Position numbers and translations under genes: made by a program. A stretch of 64,000 bases of DNA, from positions 32,001 through 96,000 of the forward strand of contig JBCCEA010000007.1 in assembly GCA_039030515.1 (NCBI GenBank). The letters run 5' to 3'. A model generated the notes under the pieces. It had not been told where the DNA came from. It made no database searches and saw only the letters and a list, made by a program, of their open reading frames with translations. How positions within the stretch are numbered: position 1 is the stretch's first letter; the number at the start of each line of letters is the position of its first letter. Of the stretch, positions 9,668 to 20,037 are shown in pieces. This DNA is from Myxococcota bacterium. Lineage in GTDB: Bacteria > Myxococcota_A > Polyangia > Polyangiales > Houyiibacteriaceae.

Positions 9668-12001
9668 TCAAGCTCGGTCTTTTTGATCACCCTGTGCGGC
9701 GACACTGCCGATCTTCTGTGCGTCTTCCACCCGTCCCAGAGCGCTATAGCAGCGAGCGAGCGCCGCAAGGGACGCATGCTCTCCCCGGCGGTCCCCATCG
9801 CGTCTTGCGCTGCAGAGTGCCTTTAGGCCCAGCCGGACGGCTCGGGGGTAGTCTCCCGAGCTCAAAACTACGAGAGCTTTTGCAAGATAATCTGAAGTCG
9901 CCTTCGGTGTTGCTCCCTCGCTGGTAGCGTTTGAGGCGAGTACCCTTTGGGCTGCGGCTAATTCACCGCGGGCGAGATACGACATGGCTCGAAGTCTACT
10001 TATGGCGACAAGGTTTCGTCCTTCCGCCGTGGCAACGTCCATGTGTCGGTCAAAACCGTCAAAATCCCCGCTCATCAGATAGTGCACCGCGCGATGCGGT
10101 AGCGCCCTTTTTCTGGTTTCGGCCGGTGGAGACAACCCAGTCGCGCGCTCGGCGGGCCTCTCCGAATGAACTGCGTTTGGAAACGGTCTCGGCGTGGGGG
10201 AAGGGACTTTGATCGACTGTGAGATTTGCTGCGCTGTATTTCGAGTCGTCTCGCTCGAGTCGAGTTGCACGGACGCTGCAGCCAGTCGGACGCTGCAACG
10301 CTGAAAGTCCATCTCGGCGGCAAGCTGGCTCGCGGACAAAAAATCACGAACGGACTCCTCGATGAGTCCTGCTTCAGCCAAGTAGTGACCGCGCAGCGCT
10401 TGAGCAAAGGACGCCTCGGTAGACACGTTCATTTCCGCAGCGATAAATCTGTTCAGCTCTGCGCGCCGTGCGGGCTGCAAGGCCGATCGAGAGGTCGTCC
10501 GAATCAGTTCGTGATCGGGCAGTGGGACTGTAGAGGATTGCAGAAACGCCTCGGCGCCAAGCCGCGTTACTGCGTTCATCAGTTGATTTTCGCCGATGCC
10601 GTCACGTGCCGCTACTGCAGCAACCATCGGCATGGGACTGCCTCCTGGGAGAAGGCAGATGATGTCGAGCACACGTCGAAGAATATCGTCGAGGCTATGT
10701 AGCCTTTCCTTTGTCAGCAGCTCGACGCCGACGGTGTGCTCGGTGCTGCGGGGGGTGATTCGCCATCGAAAGCCTTCTGCGTCAGGAACGAGTTCTCCCG
10801 CGGCAACCATGGCTCGCGCCGCTTCGACAACCCCAAGAGGAGTTCCGTTGCCGAGCAAAGCGATGCGCCTAGGTACATCCCCATCCTTAGGACAACTGAG
10901 CACGTGGGCTGCGATCTCCCGAGCTTCAGTCGATTTCAACTGCGGTAGCGTAATTTCAACCAGATGCTCGACCGAAAGTGCCGCTGGAGTGCGGGTGTTC
11001 TGCGGCAGGCGGGCGATGAGCGAACAGGGAATATCCCGGCTCCTCAATAGGGCACCCACGAGATTTAGGGTGCCGGGATCGATCAAAGCGCACGGGCTTA
11101 GTATGAGCCAAAGGGGCCCCTGTTCACCGAGTCTTGAAACCAACATTCGGAATGCATCGATGGCTTCGGTACGCGTTACCGCGGCTCCGCTCGCGATGCG
11201 CTTGAGTATCGGTTCGTGCGGATGTCCCAACTGCTCCAGCGCTTTATCGATCGAGGCCCCTTGCCTCAGCAGCATCATGCGCAGGCTGCCGAGAGGAGCG
11301 AGCCCTCCCGGAACATCCTCTAGAAAAAGTGCGTGTGCGGGTGGATACCGCTGCAGCATCAAGCGGATCCATTCGTCTCCTCCCGCGGCTACGTCGCCAC
11401 GGAGCAGCACTCGGGTTTCCAGTCGCTTGGAACATCGGTCTTCAACCGATGCCAGTACTGCCTGCACGCTTGAAGACACCGGTGCCGGTCTGAGGTTGGC
11501 GAGCGTGAGACGGCAATGAGCTCGGTGGGGTTGGTTTCGATCGACAGCGTGACCTTTGAGTGGAGCGGCGCCTGCGGAAACCTGGCGTTCGAATAAGAAG
11601 TGGGTGGAGGCAGCGTTTCGCGCATCGGCGTCGAGCACCAACTCTCCTGGTCTTGCCCGGTTTGCGAGCAGCTGGGCTCGGTCAAGTGCGGCTCCAAGCA
11701 GGTTTTCTTCGTCTGATAGAAGCTCTCCCCTGGCCACACCGATCGCGATCCGCAAGGGGAGGACGCCAGCCGTGGTTTCATCCGCTTGTTTTAGAATCTT
11801 TAGCGCTGCGTCGAGTGCAGGCCGAACGTCGATAGGCTCAAAGAGGGCGACAAGAGACCCGCCGAACTGCATCGCAATCGTGCCTCCGACTCGGGTGAAC
11901 GTTTCATCCACCGACTGCATCCACGCCCGGCTTCGCTCCTGAGCCTCGAAGTCGTCGCGGGATGGCGGCACAGTCCGGTGCCAAAACACGATGCACTCCA
12001 T
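9668..12001 (-). CDS. degenerate class III nucleotide cyclase-like + AAA/STAND-like + TPR protein
   Basis: GGTIAMQFGGSLVALF..LRIAIGVARGE..ARPGELV cyclase-like fold; GNGTPLGV STAND-like GxP; helical TPR-like C-terminus. Confidence 0.6.
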   Translation of the reverse strand: MECIVFWHRTVPPSRDDFEAQERSRAWMQSVDETFTRVGGTIAMQFGGSLVALFEPIDVRPALDAALKILKQADETTAGVLPLRIAIGVARGELLSDEENLLGAALDRAQLLANRARPGELVLDADARNAASTHFLFERQVSAGAAPLKGHAVDRNQPHRAHCRLTLANLRPAPVSSSVQAVLASVEDRCSKRLETRVLLRGDVAAGGDEWIRLMLQRYPPAHALFLEDVPGGLAPLGSLRMMLLRQGASIDKALEQLGHPHEPILKRIASGAAVTRTEAIDAFRMLVSRLGEQGPLWLILSPCALIDPGTLNLVGALLRSRDIPCSLIARLPQNTRTPAALSVEHLVEITLPQLKSTEAREIAAHVLSCPKDGDVPRRIALLGNGTPLGVVEAARAMVAAGELVPDAEGFRWRITPRSTEHTVGVELLTKERLHSLDDILRRVLDIICLLPGGSPMPMVAAVAARDGIGENQLMNAVTRLGAEAFLQSSTVPLPDHELIRTTSRSALQPARRAELNRFIAAEMNVSTEASFAQALRGHYLAEAGLIEESVRDFLSASQLAAEMDFQRCSVRLAAASVQLDSSETTRNTAQQISQSIKVPSPTPRPFPNAVHSERPAERATGLSPPAETRKRALPHRAVHYLMSGDFDGFDRHMDVATAEGRNLVAISRLRAMSYLARGELAAAQRVLASNATSEGATPKATSDYLAKALVVLSSGDYPRAVRLGLKALCSARRDGDRRGEHASLAALARCYSALGRVEDAQKIGSVAAQGDQKDRA

Positions 12002-12227
12002 AGCGACTTCAGACCGGGTCCGTAGTAAGATTTACGGCAGCAAAGCTCACGGCTGAACTGCATGCGGAGTCCACGGTCAGATCGAGCGGATCCACGGAGC
12101 GCCGGCGACCCTTTACGCGGGCTTCGAGCTGCTTGAGCACCCGCAGACCCTAGCAGTTTCTCGACCCCCTCGAAGGTTTGTTTGCGATTCTCGACAGCAT
12201 CACCCGTTCCATGATACCCATGCCTCC

Positions 12228-13196
12228 ATGCTTCGTGGAGCTCGGGTGCTGATCACCGGCGGTGCTGGCTTTATCGGAACCGCCCTGTGTAAGCGACTTG
12301 CCGACGACAACCAGATTCGCATTCTGGATATTCTCAGGCGCAATGCCTTGGCGCAAGCCGGGATGGACCAGCACCCTCATGTCGAGCTGCGGGTCGGAGA
12401 TGTCCTCGATGAAGAGGAGGTCCGTAGTGCCGTAGAGGACGTCGACTATGTGATCCACATGGCGTCGATAGCCGGGGTAGACACGGTACTGAAAAACCCA
12501 GTGCAGACGATGGAGATCTCACTGCTCGGAACCACCAACCTCCTCCGTGCGTCCCGTGAACAAGGAACCATTAAACGCTTCATAGACTTTTCGACCAGTG
12601 AGGTCTTCGGCTCCTACGCGTTTCGCGTTCGTGAAGCAGATGTGACGTCGCTCGGAGCTGTGGGCGAAGCCCGCTGGACCTACGCGGTCAGTAAGCTGGC
12701 TACCGAGCACCTTGCCCACAACTACTGGAAGCAACACGGATTGCCTGCATGTTCGATACGGCCTTTCAACATATTCGGGCCTGGTCAGGTCGGTGAAGGG
12801 GCGATCCATGCCTTTGTCGTCAAGGCGCTCGCTTCAGAGCCGATGTTGATTCACAACCATGGCGATCAGATTCGAGCCTGGTGCTACATCGACGATATCG
12901 TAGACAGTATTGTCCTCGCGATGACCCAAGACCAGGCGGTCGGGCAGGCGTTCAATATCGGCAATCCTCGAAGTACGGTGACGGTCTATCAGCTGGCTCG
13001 TCTGGTTCGTCATCTGGCAAAAAGTGAATCTCCAATCCAGTTCGTCGAATGGAACTCCGCCGACGTCGAGCTTCGCGTTCCCGACGTGCGCAAAGCGGAA
13101 CGTCTGCTCGGATTTCGCGCCAAGATCGATCTGGAAGAGGGTTTGTTGCGAACCATCGATTGGTATCGCAGCGCAGGACTGCCGTCTGTTCCTTGA
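12228..13196 (+). CDS. NAD-dependent epimerase/dehydratase (UDP-glucuronate decarboxylase-like SDR)
   Basis: TGGAGFIG, STSEVFG, YAVSK, RPFNIFGP. Confidence 0.9.
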   Translation: MLRGARVLITGGAGFIGTALCKRLADDNQIRILDILRRNALAQAGMDQHPHVELRVGDVLDEEEVRSAVEDVDYVIHMASIAGVDTVLKNPVQTMEISLLGTTNLLRASREQGTIKRFIDFSTSEVFGSYAFRVREADVTSLGAVGEARWTYAVSKLATEHLAHNYWKQHGLPACSIRPFNIFGPGQVGEGAIHAFVVKALASEPMLIHNHGDQIRAWCYIDDIVDSIVLAMTQDQAVGQAFNIGNPRSTVTVYQLARLVRHLAKSESPIQFVEWNSADVELRVPDVRKAERLLGFRAKIDLEEGLLRTIDWYRSAGLPSVP

Positions 13197-13243
13197 CCGA
13201 TCCGCATCGTCATAGAAGAAATGAAGACCGTGGCGAAAAAGAA

Positions 13244-14464
13244 GTGGAACCTGTGGAACCTATCGCTCCGTGTGTGATTTCCCTCGACGGCATGTACGCA
13301 GAGGACTGGTTTGAAGAGCTCGGTCATAGCTCACCCGGCTTTGACCAGCTTTGCGAGCTTATCGGCGAAAAGTTTGTTGCATTTTCTATCCTCACTGGGG
13401 TGCACGTCACGTCCCTAACCGTAGATCGTCAGCAGCCAGAAGCGTCTCGCGTCGATTTTCGCATCGGTGAGTCTCGCGACGAGCATCGGCTGTCTCTGGG
13501 CGAGTTCCGCCGACGACTTGCCGCCAGTTTGCTCTCTGATGAGGAGTTTCTGACGGAGCTGAGTGATCCTTCCGACCCAGGCCAGCTTCAGGCCTACATC
13601 GGATACCGCTACGTCCTTTTGGCTCCAGTTTTCGGGATGCATCTGCACTATCTTGTGTTCCCTGCGGGCGGAGCCGAAGCCCGGCTCGGGATGGATGTGG
13701 ATTCTGTGGACGGTGATGTCTCGCTGTCTGAGTTTCGCGAGATGATTCGAGATCAAGTTCGATCGGAGCTAGATGACAGCAGTTCAGGTAGCTCGTTCGC
13801 CATCGATCTGGATGCGATTCCCCCAGCCGAGCGTGCGGCTGCCGAGGAAGATTGGGATCGCGTGATCGATTGCTTGGGCGCGTGGCCAGGTCCACTCTCG
13901 TTGTTGCTTCGCACGTCGGATGGCCAGTCTCTTTCGGTCGATGTCCGAAGGTTGCTCGCGGGAGCTCTTGGACTTTTGGGGACGGCCTATGCCCGCACCG
14001 CGCGTTTCGATTGGGCAGAGGAAGTGATGCGCTTGGGTATTCAGTGGAGCCAAGACGATGTCGTTTCAGGCGACTTGTTTCAACGCCTGGCCGACGCCAA
14101 CGCCCGCAGTGGACGTCACGGTCAGGCGATCGGATTGTTTCGCCGCGCCCTTTCGCTCGGCGCGCCGCCCGCAGTGGTCTTGCCCGGACTCGCGCGATGC
14201 TATGCGGTGCGGGGAAAAGCTGTCGCGGCGATCGTATGTGCGGAGGAAGCCTTCGAAGCAGGGGTAGAGGATGCGGAACTCACCTCCGAGCTTTCGGCCT
14301 GGAAGGCGACACTGGGAAGCTCCTGGGACCGCTTTCGGCAGCTTGTCCCAGCAGGTGCTGCACCGGTCGGCGCGGTATCTAACGGTGCAGCGAGTGACTC
14401 CGTACTTGGTGCAGCGAGCGACTCTGTACCTCCGGACTCTGTACCTCCAACTTGCGGGACCTAG
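13244..14464 (+). CDS. hypothetical protein with C-terminal TPR repeats (start uncertain)
   Basis: long ORF, helical TPR-like segments (LGTAYART..AEEV, LADANARSGRHGQAIGLFRRAL); upstream ORF extension overlaps the epimerase so GTG 13244 chosen. Confidence 0.6.
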   Translation: MEPVEPIAPCVISLDGMYAEDWFEELGHSSPGFDQLCELIGEKFVAFSILTGVHVTSLTVDRQQPEASRVDFRIGESRDEHRLSLGEFRRRLAASLLSDEEFLTELSDPSDPGQLQAYIGYRYVLLAPVFGMHLHYLVFPAGGAEARLGMDVDSVDGDVSLSEFREMIRDQVRSELDDSSSGSSFAIDLDAIPPAERAAAEEDWDRVIDCLGAWPGPLSLLLRTSDGQSLSVDVRRLLAGALGLLGTAYARTARFDWAEEVMRLGIQWSQDDVVSGDLFQRLADANARSGRHGQAIGLFRRALSLGAPPAVVLPGLARCYAVRGKAVAAIVCAEEAFEAGVEDAELTSELSAWKATLGSSWDRFRQLVPAGAAPVGAVSNGAASDSVLGAASDSVPPDSVPPTCGT

Positions 14465-16149
14465 AGGAAGTGAGTCCGCGTCCGTTCGCCTCCTTCGTTC
14501 GTACATCTGTCGGACGACCGAGCGCGTCTGGGGGAGCACCGAGGTTTGACTTAAAGATGGACGGCGAAGGTGCGATCGCCCTGCGTCTTTCCTCTCCGGC
14601 ATCCGCTGGTTTTATCAAGGTCCTCGAGCTCGAGCTTCTCGTTCACGGGGTGAATTTTCCTTGCGATCTCAGAAGGGGCCCAAGCGAGTTTCGGAGTCAC
14701 AAGACCACCGTGCGATCTGCACGGATAGAACTTCCGCTTGCTGCGCTCTGTGTTTCTCCGGTCGTCGAGGTGCAGTGGGAGTCGGAAGCACTTCATCTGG
14801 CGCTTGAAGACGAGGAGGGTCTCTTTGGCGTTCAGCTCGAGGTCCTCTCTGACTCTAAGGGGATACGATTTGTTCCAAAGGGGTATCGATGGCTTGGGAC
14901 CGACGTCCAGAATCCCCTCGCACGTTTGGAGGCTGCACAGCAGGTTCAGCTGCGTGAAGGTCCAGGTCTGCCTTTGTGCTTTGAGCCGGTGACCCAAGAT
15001 TTTGTACTCGACGCGCCTGCTCAGCTGGCACTTACCGAGCTGATGGTGATGCACGGATGGCGACGACCTCAGTTGTCCGCTGCTTCTTTTGCCTATTCGT
15101 GTAGCGATGGAGTTGTGCGTCTGACCATCTCAGAACTACCCGAGGATCGGCCAGAGAACTCCAGGGAAGGCTCTCCGCATGGCCGGAATGCAGCGCTATC
15201 GATCGGAGAACGTCAGGGTCAAGGAACACTGATTAAGACGTATCAACGGTTGCGTGCGGCGCTACTTACCGGCGATCGACCCTCGGCCATTTCGGAGGTC
15301 CACATCCTACTCGAGACCGAGCCTTTGGCGGAACTGGTCATTTCTGCCGTACGTCAGGTCAACGAGGGTGTGGCTCCTGCTCCGGCGGTCAGAGCCTCTC
15401 TGCTGCAAAGGGCCGTAGCGCGTAAGCCAAAGGACGCGGAGTTGATCCTGGATTGGTCGCGCTCGCTTGTCTCGTCGTCCCCAGCTCATGAAGCGGTAGA
15501 ACCCGTGTTGCGTTTGTTGAAGTGGACGACGCTCCCCGTGCAGACTCAGGCAGAGATCCTCATCAACATCGGAAAAACGCTCCTCAACGCATCGAACTAT
15601 GATCTGGCGGCCCGTGTGATCGAGGAAGCGCTTCAGCTATCGCCGGATCAGCCCGAGTGTTGGGTTGCCCTCGGTGAGCTTGAAGCCCGCAGGTCGAATC
15701 ACGAGCGGGCCGCAGATCACTTTCATCGTGCGCACGGCATCTACGCCTCAAGAGACGCGGCTCCTCTGGCTGCAGAGTGCTTGATTCATGCGGCCGAATG
15801 TCTTCGCTCTGGCGGAGCACTGATCGAGGCCTTGGAATTCGCTCATCGTGCGACTGCGACCCATCCGACCTTCTGGGCCGTTCAGACCTTGATAGGGCTT
15901 TGCCGACTCAGCAGCAATGTTGCGTTCGAGATGAAGGCCTTGGGCCTTCTCCTCAAGCTGCCGAAAACCCCAGACGTGTCAAGAGAGTGCTGCATCGGTG
16001 CTGCATCTGCAATCGAGTCCGGCGATCTGCAGCTTGCGCGCGTGCTCGTCGAACACGCGGTCGCGACTTCCGTGAATCGCGCGCAGCTTTGCGAGTTGCG
16101 CAGCCAGATTTCCTCACTCGAGATGAACACTTCGGAATCAGGCAGTTAG
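14452..16149 (+). CDS. TPR-repeat hypothetical protein
   Basis: 565-aa ORF; TPR-like EEALQLSPDQPECWVALGELE. Confidence 0.6.
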   Translation: MRDLEEVSPRPFASFVRTSVGRPSASGGAPRFDLKMDGEGAIALRLSSPASAGFIKVLELELLVHGVNFPCDLRRGPSEFRSHKTTVRSARIELPLAALCVSPVVEVQWESEALHLALEDEEGLFGVQLEVLSDSKGIRFVPKGYRWLGTDVQNPLARLEAAQQVQLREGPGLPLCFEPVTQDFVLDAPAQLALTELMVMHGWRRPQLSAASFAYSCSDGVVRLTISELPEDRPENSREGSPHGRNAALSIGERQGQGTLIKTYQRLRAALLTGDRPSAISEVHILLETEPLAELVISAVRQVNEGVAPAPAVRASLLQRAVARKPKDAELILDWSRSLVSSSPAHEAVEPVLRLLKWTTLPVQTQAEILINIGKTLLNASNYDLAARVIEEALQLSPDQPECWVALGELEARRSNHERAADHFHRAHGIYASRDAAPLAAECLIHAAECLRSGGALIEALEFAHRATATHPTFWAVQTLIGLCRLSSNVAFEMKALGLLLKLPKTPDVSRECCIGAASAIESGDLQLARVLVEHAVATSVNRAQLCELRSQISSLEMNTSESGS

Positions 16150-16266
16150 CGTTCCGACGAGCTCATCGAGCACGCTCTAGGCGCCGCTCGACAACGCCCG
16201 ATGTTCTGACTTCTAAGCGGCTCTTAAGGGTTGTGTCGGCTTCCTCGGTTCCGTTAGATTTTTACG

Positions 16267-19107
16267 ATGAATCGCGGTCTTAGGGTTGTTCGTTCTTGGT
16301 GGTTCGCGGCGTCGTTTCTCGGTCCCCTGTGGATTCAGTCGGGTTGCGACGATTCGAGTGATGGTACGCAGTTCAGCGCGCTTATCGAAGATCTTCCTGA
16401 AGCGCTCCTATCCGTGCACGGCACCAGCGCAAGCGATGTATGGGCGGTCGGGGCTGACCGGGGAAACGGTCCTCGGGTACTACACTTTGACGGTACGCAA
16501 TGGTCCTCCTTCGACACGAACTCTGGCGCAGGTGGCATCTGGTGGGTGCACGCGCTCCGAACGGACCTGGTCTATTTCGGGGGCGAGGGCGGTCTGATAC
16601 TGCGATACGACGGCAGCTCTTTTGAGGTCATGGACACCCCAGCGGTTTCGACGCACACGGTTTACGGCATCTGGGCTCGAACTGAAGACGAGCTTTACGC
16701 GGTAGGGAGTCTCGCCGGAGGGCGCGACGGGTTTCTTTGGCGTTACCGGGGCAGTGAGTGGACCGAAGTTCGCCTCCCCAGCACCCTGCCCAAGGACAGC
16801 AGAGGATCGATCCCGGGATTCTTCAAGGTCTGGGGAACAGACGATACGCTGTATATTGTCGGCTCCTCGGGTTTGGTGCTCCGTTTGGTGGAGGATTCGT
16901 TCACGGTCGTCGAAAGCGGCGAGACCGGCACGCTATTTACGGTGCACGGTGGGGCTGAAGGATTCGTTGCCGTTGGAGGCGGCGTAAGCGGTGCGATCTT
17001 CGATATCGACGATGCGACCCTATCCTCGCAGCTGTCTGGAGCGGTGCCTCTACTGCAGGGGGTGTGGCTCGACGACGAAGGCGGAGGTTGGGCGAGCGGC
17101 GCCTCCGGTTCGATGTACCGCAGGAATCCAAGCGGCATCTGGATTGAGGAGGCCCGTGCGATCCCCCTTTCGGTGGAGTCTCTGCACGCAGTTTGGGTCG
17201 ACCCCGATGGAGGCGTCTGGTCGGTCGGAGGCAATGTGTTGTCCACCGACTTAGACCATGGCGTACTGATTCATCGAGGTCCGGTGACCGCGCAATTTCG
17301 ACTCGAGCCAGACGCTTTGGATGGCGGAGTCGATGCCGGTGACGAGGTCGTGTGTCCCGCCGAAGATGTGGATCCAAAACCCAGCGGTTCGATCGCCCGG
17401 CGATGGAATGAGGCCGTGATGGGAGCGATTCGACGTTCGATACCTCGTCCCACCGTTCACGCCCGGAATCTACTCCATATATCGATCGCGCTTTACGATG
17501 CTTTTGGCGCGTATGATGCAGATGTGACGCCTTATCTCGTAACGGAAGAGCGCGTCGGGACCAAAGCAGAGCAGGCGAATGCAATGAGCTATGCAGCCTA
17601 CCGAGTTGCAGTGCAAAGATATGCCCAAGAAGCCGGGGGAGATGTCTCTGTTGCGTGCTTTGCTGCACTGATGGCGCAACTCGGACTCGATCCGAATGAG
17701 GAGACAACCGAAGGCAACGGTCCTGCGGCGGTTGGAAATCGTATCGCTGGTGAAGTCCTCGCGACCTATGCGAACGACGGTTCATTTCAGGAGCGCGACT
17801 ACCAACCGAAACAAGCCTACGCAGCCCTCAATCCCTCACTCATCGTGGACCTTGCCGGCACCGGAGCAGACGACCCAGAGCGGTGGCAACCATTGAATCT
17901 ATCGGTGGCGGTGACCCAGAACGGCATTGTCGAGGAGGCGGGTGTGCAGAGATACATTGGTCCTCATTGGGGTCTTGTCACTCCCTTTGCGCTTCAGCGT
18001 GAGCAGCCGGAAACCAGCTATTTTGACCTCGGTGCCGGTCCGCTTTTTGATGAGACGACCGTTGCAGAAGCGGTCGAGCTCGTTCGCCTGTCCTCGCTTC
18101 TCGACCCTAGGTTACCGCAGACGATCAATCTCTCTCCCCGCGTGTTCGGCAACAACAGTCTGGGAACCAACGACGGGACGGGCCACGGCAACAACCCGGT
18201 TACCGGCGAAGCTTATGCGGACAATCTCGTGTCGCTTGCGGACTTTGGGAGGCTGATCTCTGAAATCTGGGCAGATGGCCCGAACTCGGAGACCCCCCCA
18301 GGGCATTGGAATGTCATCGCCAATCAGGTGTTCGACAGTCCGGACTTTTCTTTTCAGCTGTTTGGATCTGGACCTGCTCTTGACCGACTTGAATGGGACG
18401 TGAAGCTGTATCTCGTGCTCAACGGAGCACTTCACGATGCTGCGATCGCCGCGTGGGAGGCCAAGCGAACCTACGAGAGCTCGAGGCCGATCACGCTTAT
18501 TCGCTACATGGCGGAACGTGGTCAACGCAGCGATCCATCGGGGCAGAGCTACCATGCTGAGGGGATTCCGCTTGTGGACGGACTCATCGAGCTCATTACG
18601 GAAGAGAGCGCTGCTCCCGGTGGGCGTCACGAGCACCTATCCCCTTACATCGGACAAATCGCTTTGCGGAGTTGGCGAGGTGAACCTCGCGATCGAGACA
18701 ACGTGGCGAGTGGAGTCGCCTGGATCCGCGGAGCTGAATGGTTGCCGTACCAGCGTCGTACGTTCGTCTCGCCTGCGTTTCCCGGTTATGTGTCGGGGCA
18801 CAGCACCTTCAGTCGCGCAGCCGCTCGAGTCCTAGCGGAAGTGACCGGCAGCCCGTACTTTCCATCTGGCTACTATGAAATACCGCTGGCTCCCGGGTAT
18901 TTGGTCTTTGAAGCTGGACCGACGACCGAGGTGGGCTTGACCTACGCCTCGTACTACGACGCTGCCGATCAGGCAGGCCTTTCTCGATTGTATGGCGGTA
19001 TTCATATCGAAGCGGACGATCTGGATGGAAGGATCATCGGCGATGAGGTGGGTAGGCTCGCGGTCGAAGAAGCGAGGCCTTATCTGCTGGATCTACTGGG
19101 CGAATAA
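16267..19107 (+). CDS. vanadium-dependent haloperoxidase / PAP2-family lipoprotein with N-terminal beta-propeller-like repeats
   Basis: AWEAKRTYESSRP (KxxxxxxRP), PAFPGYVSGHSTF, SRLYGGIH; N-terminal VHGTSASDVWAVG-type repeats; lipobox-like QSG-C. Confidence 0.85.
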   Translation: MNRGLRVVRSWWFAASFLGPLWIQSGCDDSSDGTQFSALIEDLPEALLSVHGTSASDVWAVGADRGNGPRVLHFDGTQWSSFDTNSGAGGIWWVHALRTDLVYFGGEGGLILRYDGSSFEVMDTPAVSTHTVYGIWARTEDELYAVGSLAGGRDGFLWRYRGSEWTEVRLPSTLPKDSRGSIPGFFKVWGTDDTLYIVGSSGLVLRLVEDSFTVVESGETGTLFTVHGGAEGFVAVGGGVSGAIFDIDDATLSSQLSGAVPLLQGVWLDDEGGGWASGASGSMYRRNPSGIWIEEARAIPLSVESLHAVWVDPDGGVWSVGGNVLSTDLDHGVLIHRGPVTAQFRLEPDALDGGVDAGDEVVCPAEDVDPKPSGSIARRWNEAVMGAIRRSIPRPTVHARNLLHISIALYDAFGAYDADVTPYLVTEERVGTKAEQANAMSYAAYRVAVQRYAQEAGGDVSVACFAALMAQLGLDPNEETTEGNGPAAVGNRIAGEVLATYANDGSFQERDYQPKQAYAALNPSLIVDLAGTGADDPERWQPLNLSVAVTQNGIVEEAGVQRYIGPHWGLVTPFALQREQPETSYFDLGAGPLFDETTVAEAVELVRLSSLLDPRLPQTINLSPRVFGNNSLGTNDGTGHGNNPVTGEAYADNLVSLADFGRLISEIWADGPNSETPPGHWNVIANQVFDSPDFSFQLFGSGPALDRLEWDVKLYLVLNGALHDAAIAAWEAKRTYESSRPITLIRYMAERGQRSDPSGQSYHAEGIPLVDGLIELITEESAAPGGRHEHLSPYIGQIALRSWRGEPRDRDNVASGVAWIRGAEWLPYQRRTFVSPAFPGYVSGHSTFSRAAARVLAEVTGSPYFPSGYYEIPLAPGYLVFEAGPTTEVGLTYASYYDAADQAGLSRLYGGIHIEADDLDGRIIGDEVGRLAVEEARPYLLDLLGE

Positions 19108-19155
19108 GTTCCGGGATAGCGCATCGGATGGATCCAGGCGGCCCTTGTCGCGGCG

Positions 19156-20037
19156 GTGGCTTCAAAAACTCCAGGGTCCCGTCGTTCGGACGTTGAGGTG
19201 CAAACACAAGCGATACAAACGGAGCTTCAGGCACAGACCAGCCTGGACCGGAGTTTTCCATCGATCGTGTGTCGTCTCGGAGAACGAAACTTTGCACTTT
19301 CCGCCGGCTTGGTGGAGTCGATGGTTCAGCTGCCTTCGGTGACTCGCGTTCCGAATACCCCCTCCTACATCCGGGGGGTGATGAATCTTCGAGGTCGGAT
19401 TCTCCGCGTCGTCGACCTCAGGCTCTGTCTTTCTCTTCCAACGCTTGAAGAGGAAGCCTCTGCATTTGAACAGCTGATGGACGACCGACTGGCGGATCAC
19501 CACAGCTGGCTTGGCGAGCTGGAGGCGTCGGTGCGAGAAAAACGTCCCTTCACGATGGAGGCCGATCCAGAGCGCTCCAAGCTTGGCAGGTTTCTCAGCT
19601 CGTTTCGCACCGATGATGTGCTGATGCGTACGTTGCTCACCCGTTTTGACCGCCCACATCGCGCGATTCATTCGATCGCTAGTCGCGTCGGCACCCTTGT
19701 GTCCGGCAAAAAGTACGAGGAGGCCGAACGACTGGTCCGTCTCACCCGGGGAGGGGAGCTCGCCCAAATTACGCACCTCTTCTCGGTGACCAAAGACGCC
19801 TATCGTCGATCGAGAAGAGAAATAGCTCTGGTGCTTTTCGATGGTCGAGTTCGAAGCGCTGCGGTGGTCGATCAGGTCTTGTCGGTGGAACACCTTGAAC
19901 CGCTGGACAGCGATCATGATGACTGTTCAGAGATGCCGAGCGTGGGAAACTCGGAGCATATTTTGGGCATCATGAAGCGACCTCGCACCGAGGAACTCGT
20001 GATGCTGCTCCTTCCGAGTATCGTGTTCGATGTCTAG
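19156..20037 (+). CDS. cheW: CheW adaptor with inserted CZB (chemoreceptor zinc-binding) domain
   Basis: TRVPNTPSYIRGVMNLRGRILRVVDLR ... VVDQV; insert DHHSWL..DPERSKLGRF..PHRAIH. Confidence 0.85.
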   Translation: MASKTPGSRRSDVEVQTQAIQTELQAQTSLDRSFPSIVCRLGERNFALSAGLVESMVQLPSVTRVPNTPSYIRGVMNLRGRILRVVDLRLCLSLPTLEEEASAFEQLMDDRLADHHSWLGELEASVREKRPFTMEADPERSKLGRFLSSFRTDDVLMRTLLTRFDRPHRAIHSIASRVGTLVSGKKYEEAERLVRLTRGGELAQITHLFSVTKDAYRRSRREIALVLFDGRVRSAAVVDQVLSVEHLEPLDSDHDDCSEMPSVGNSEHILGIMKRPRTEELVMLLLPSIVFDV

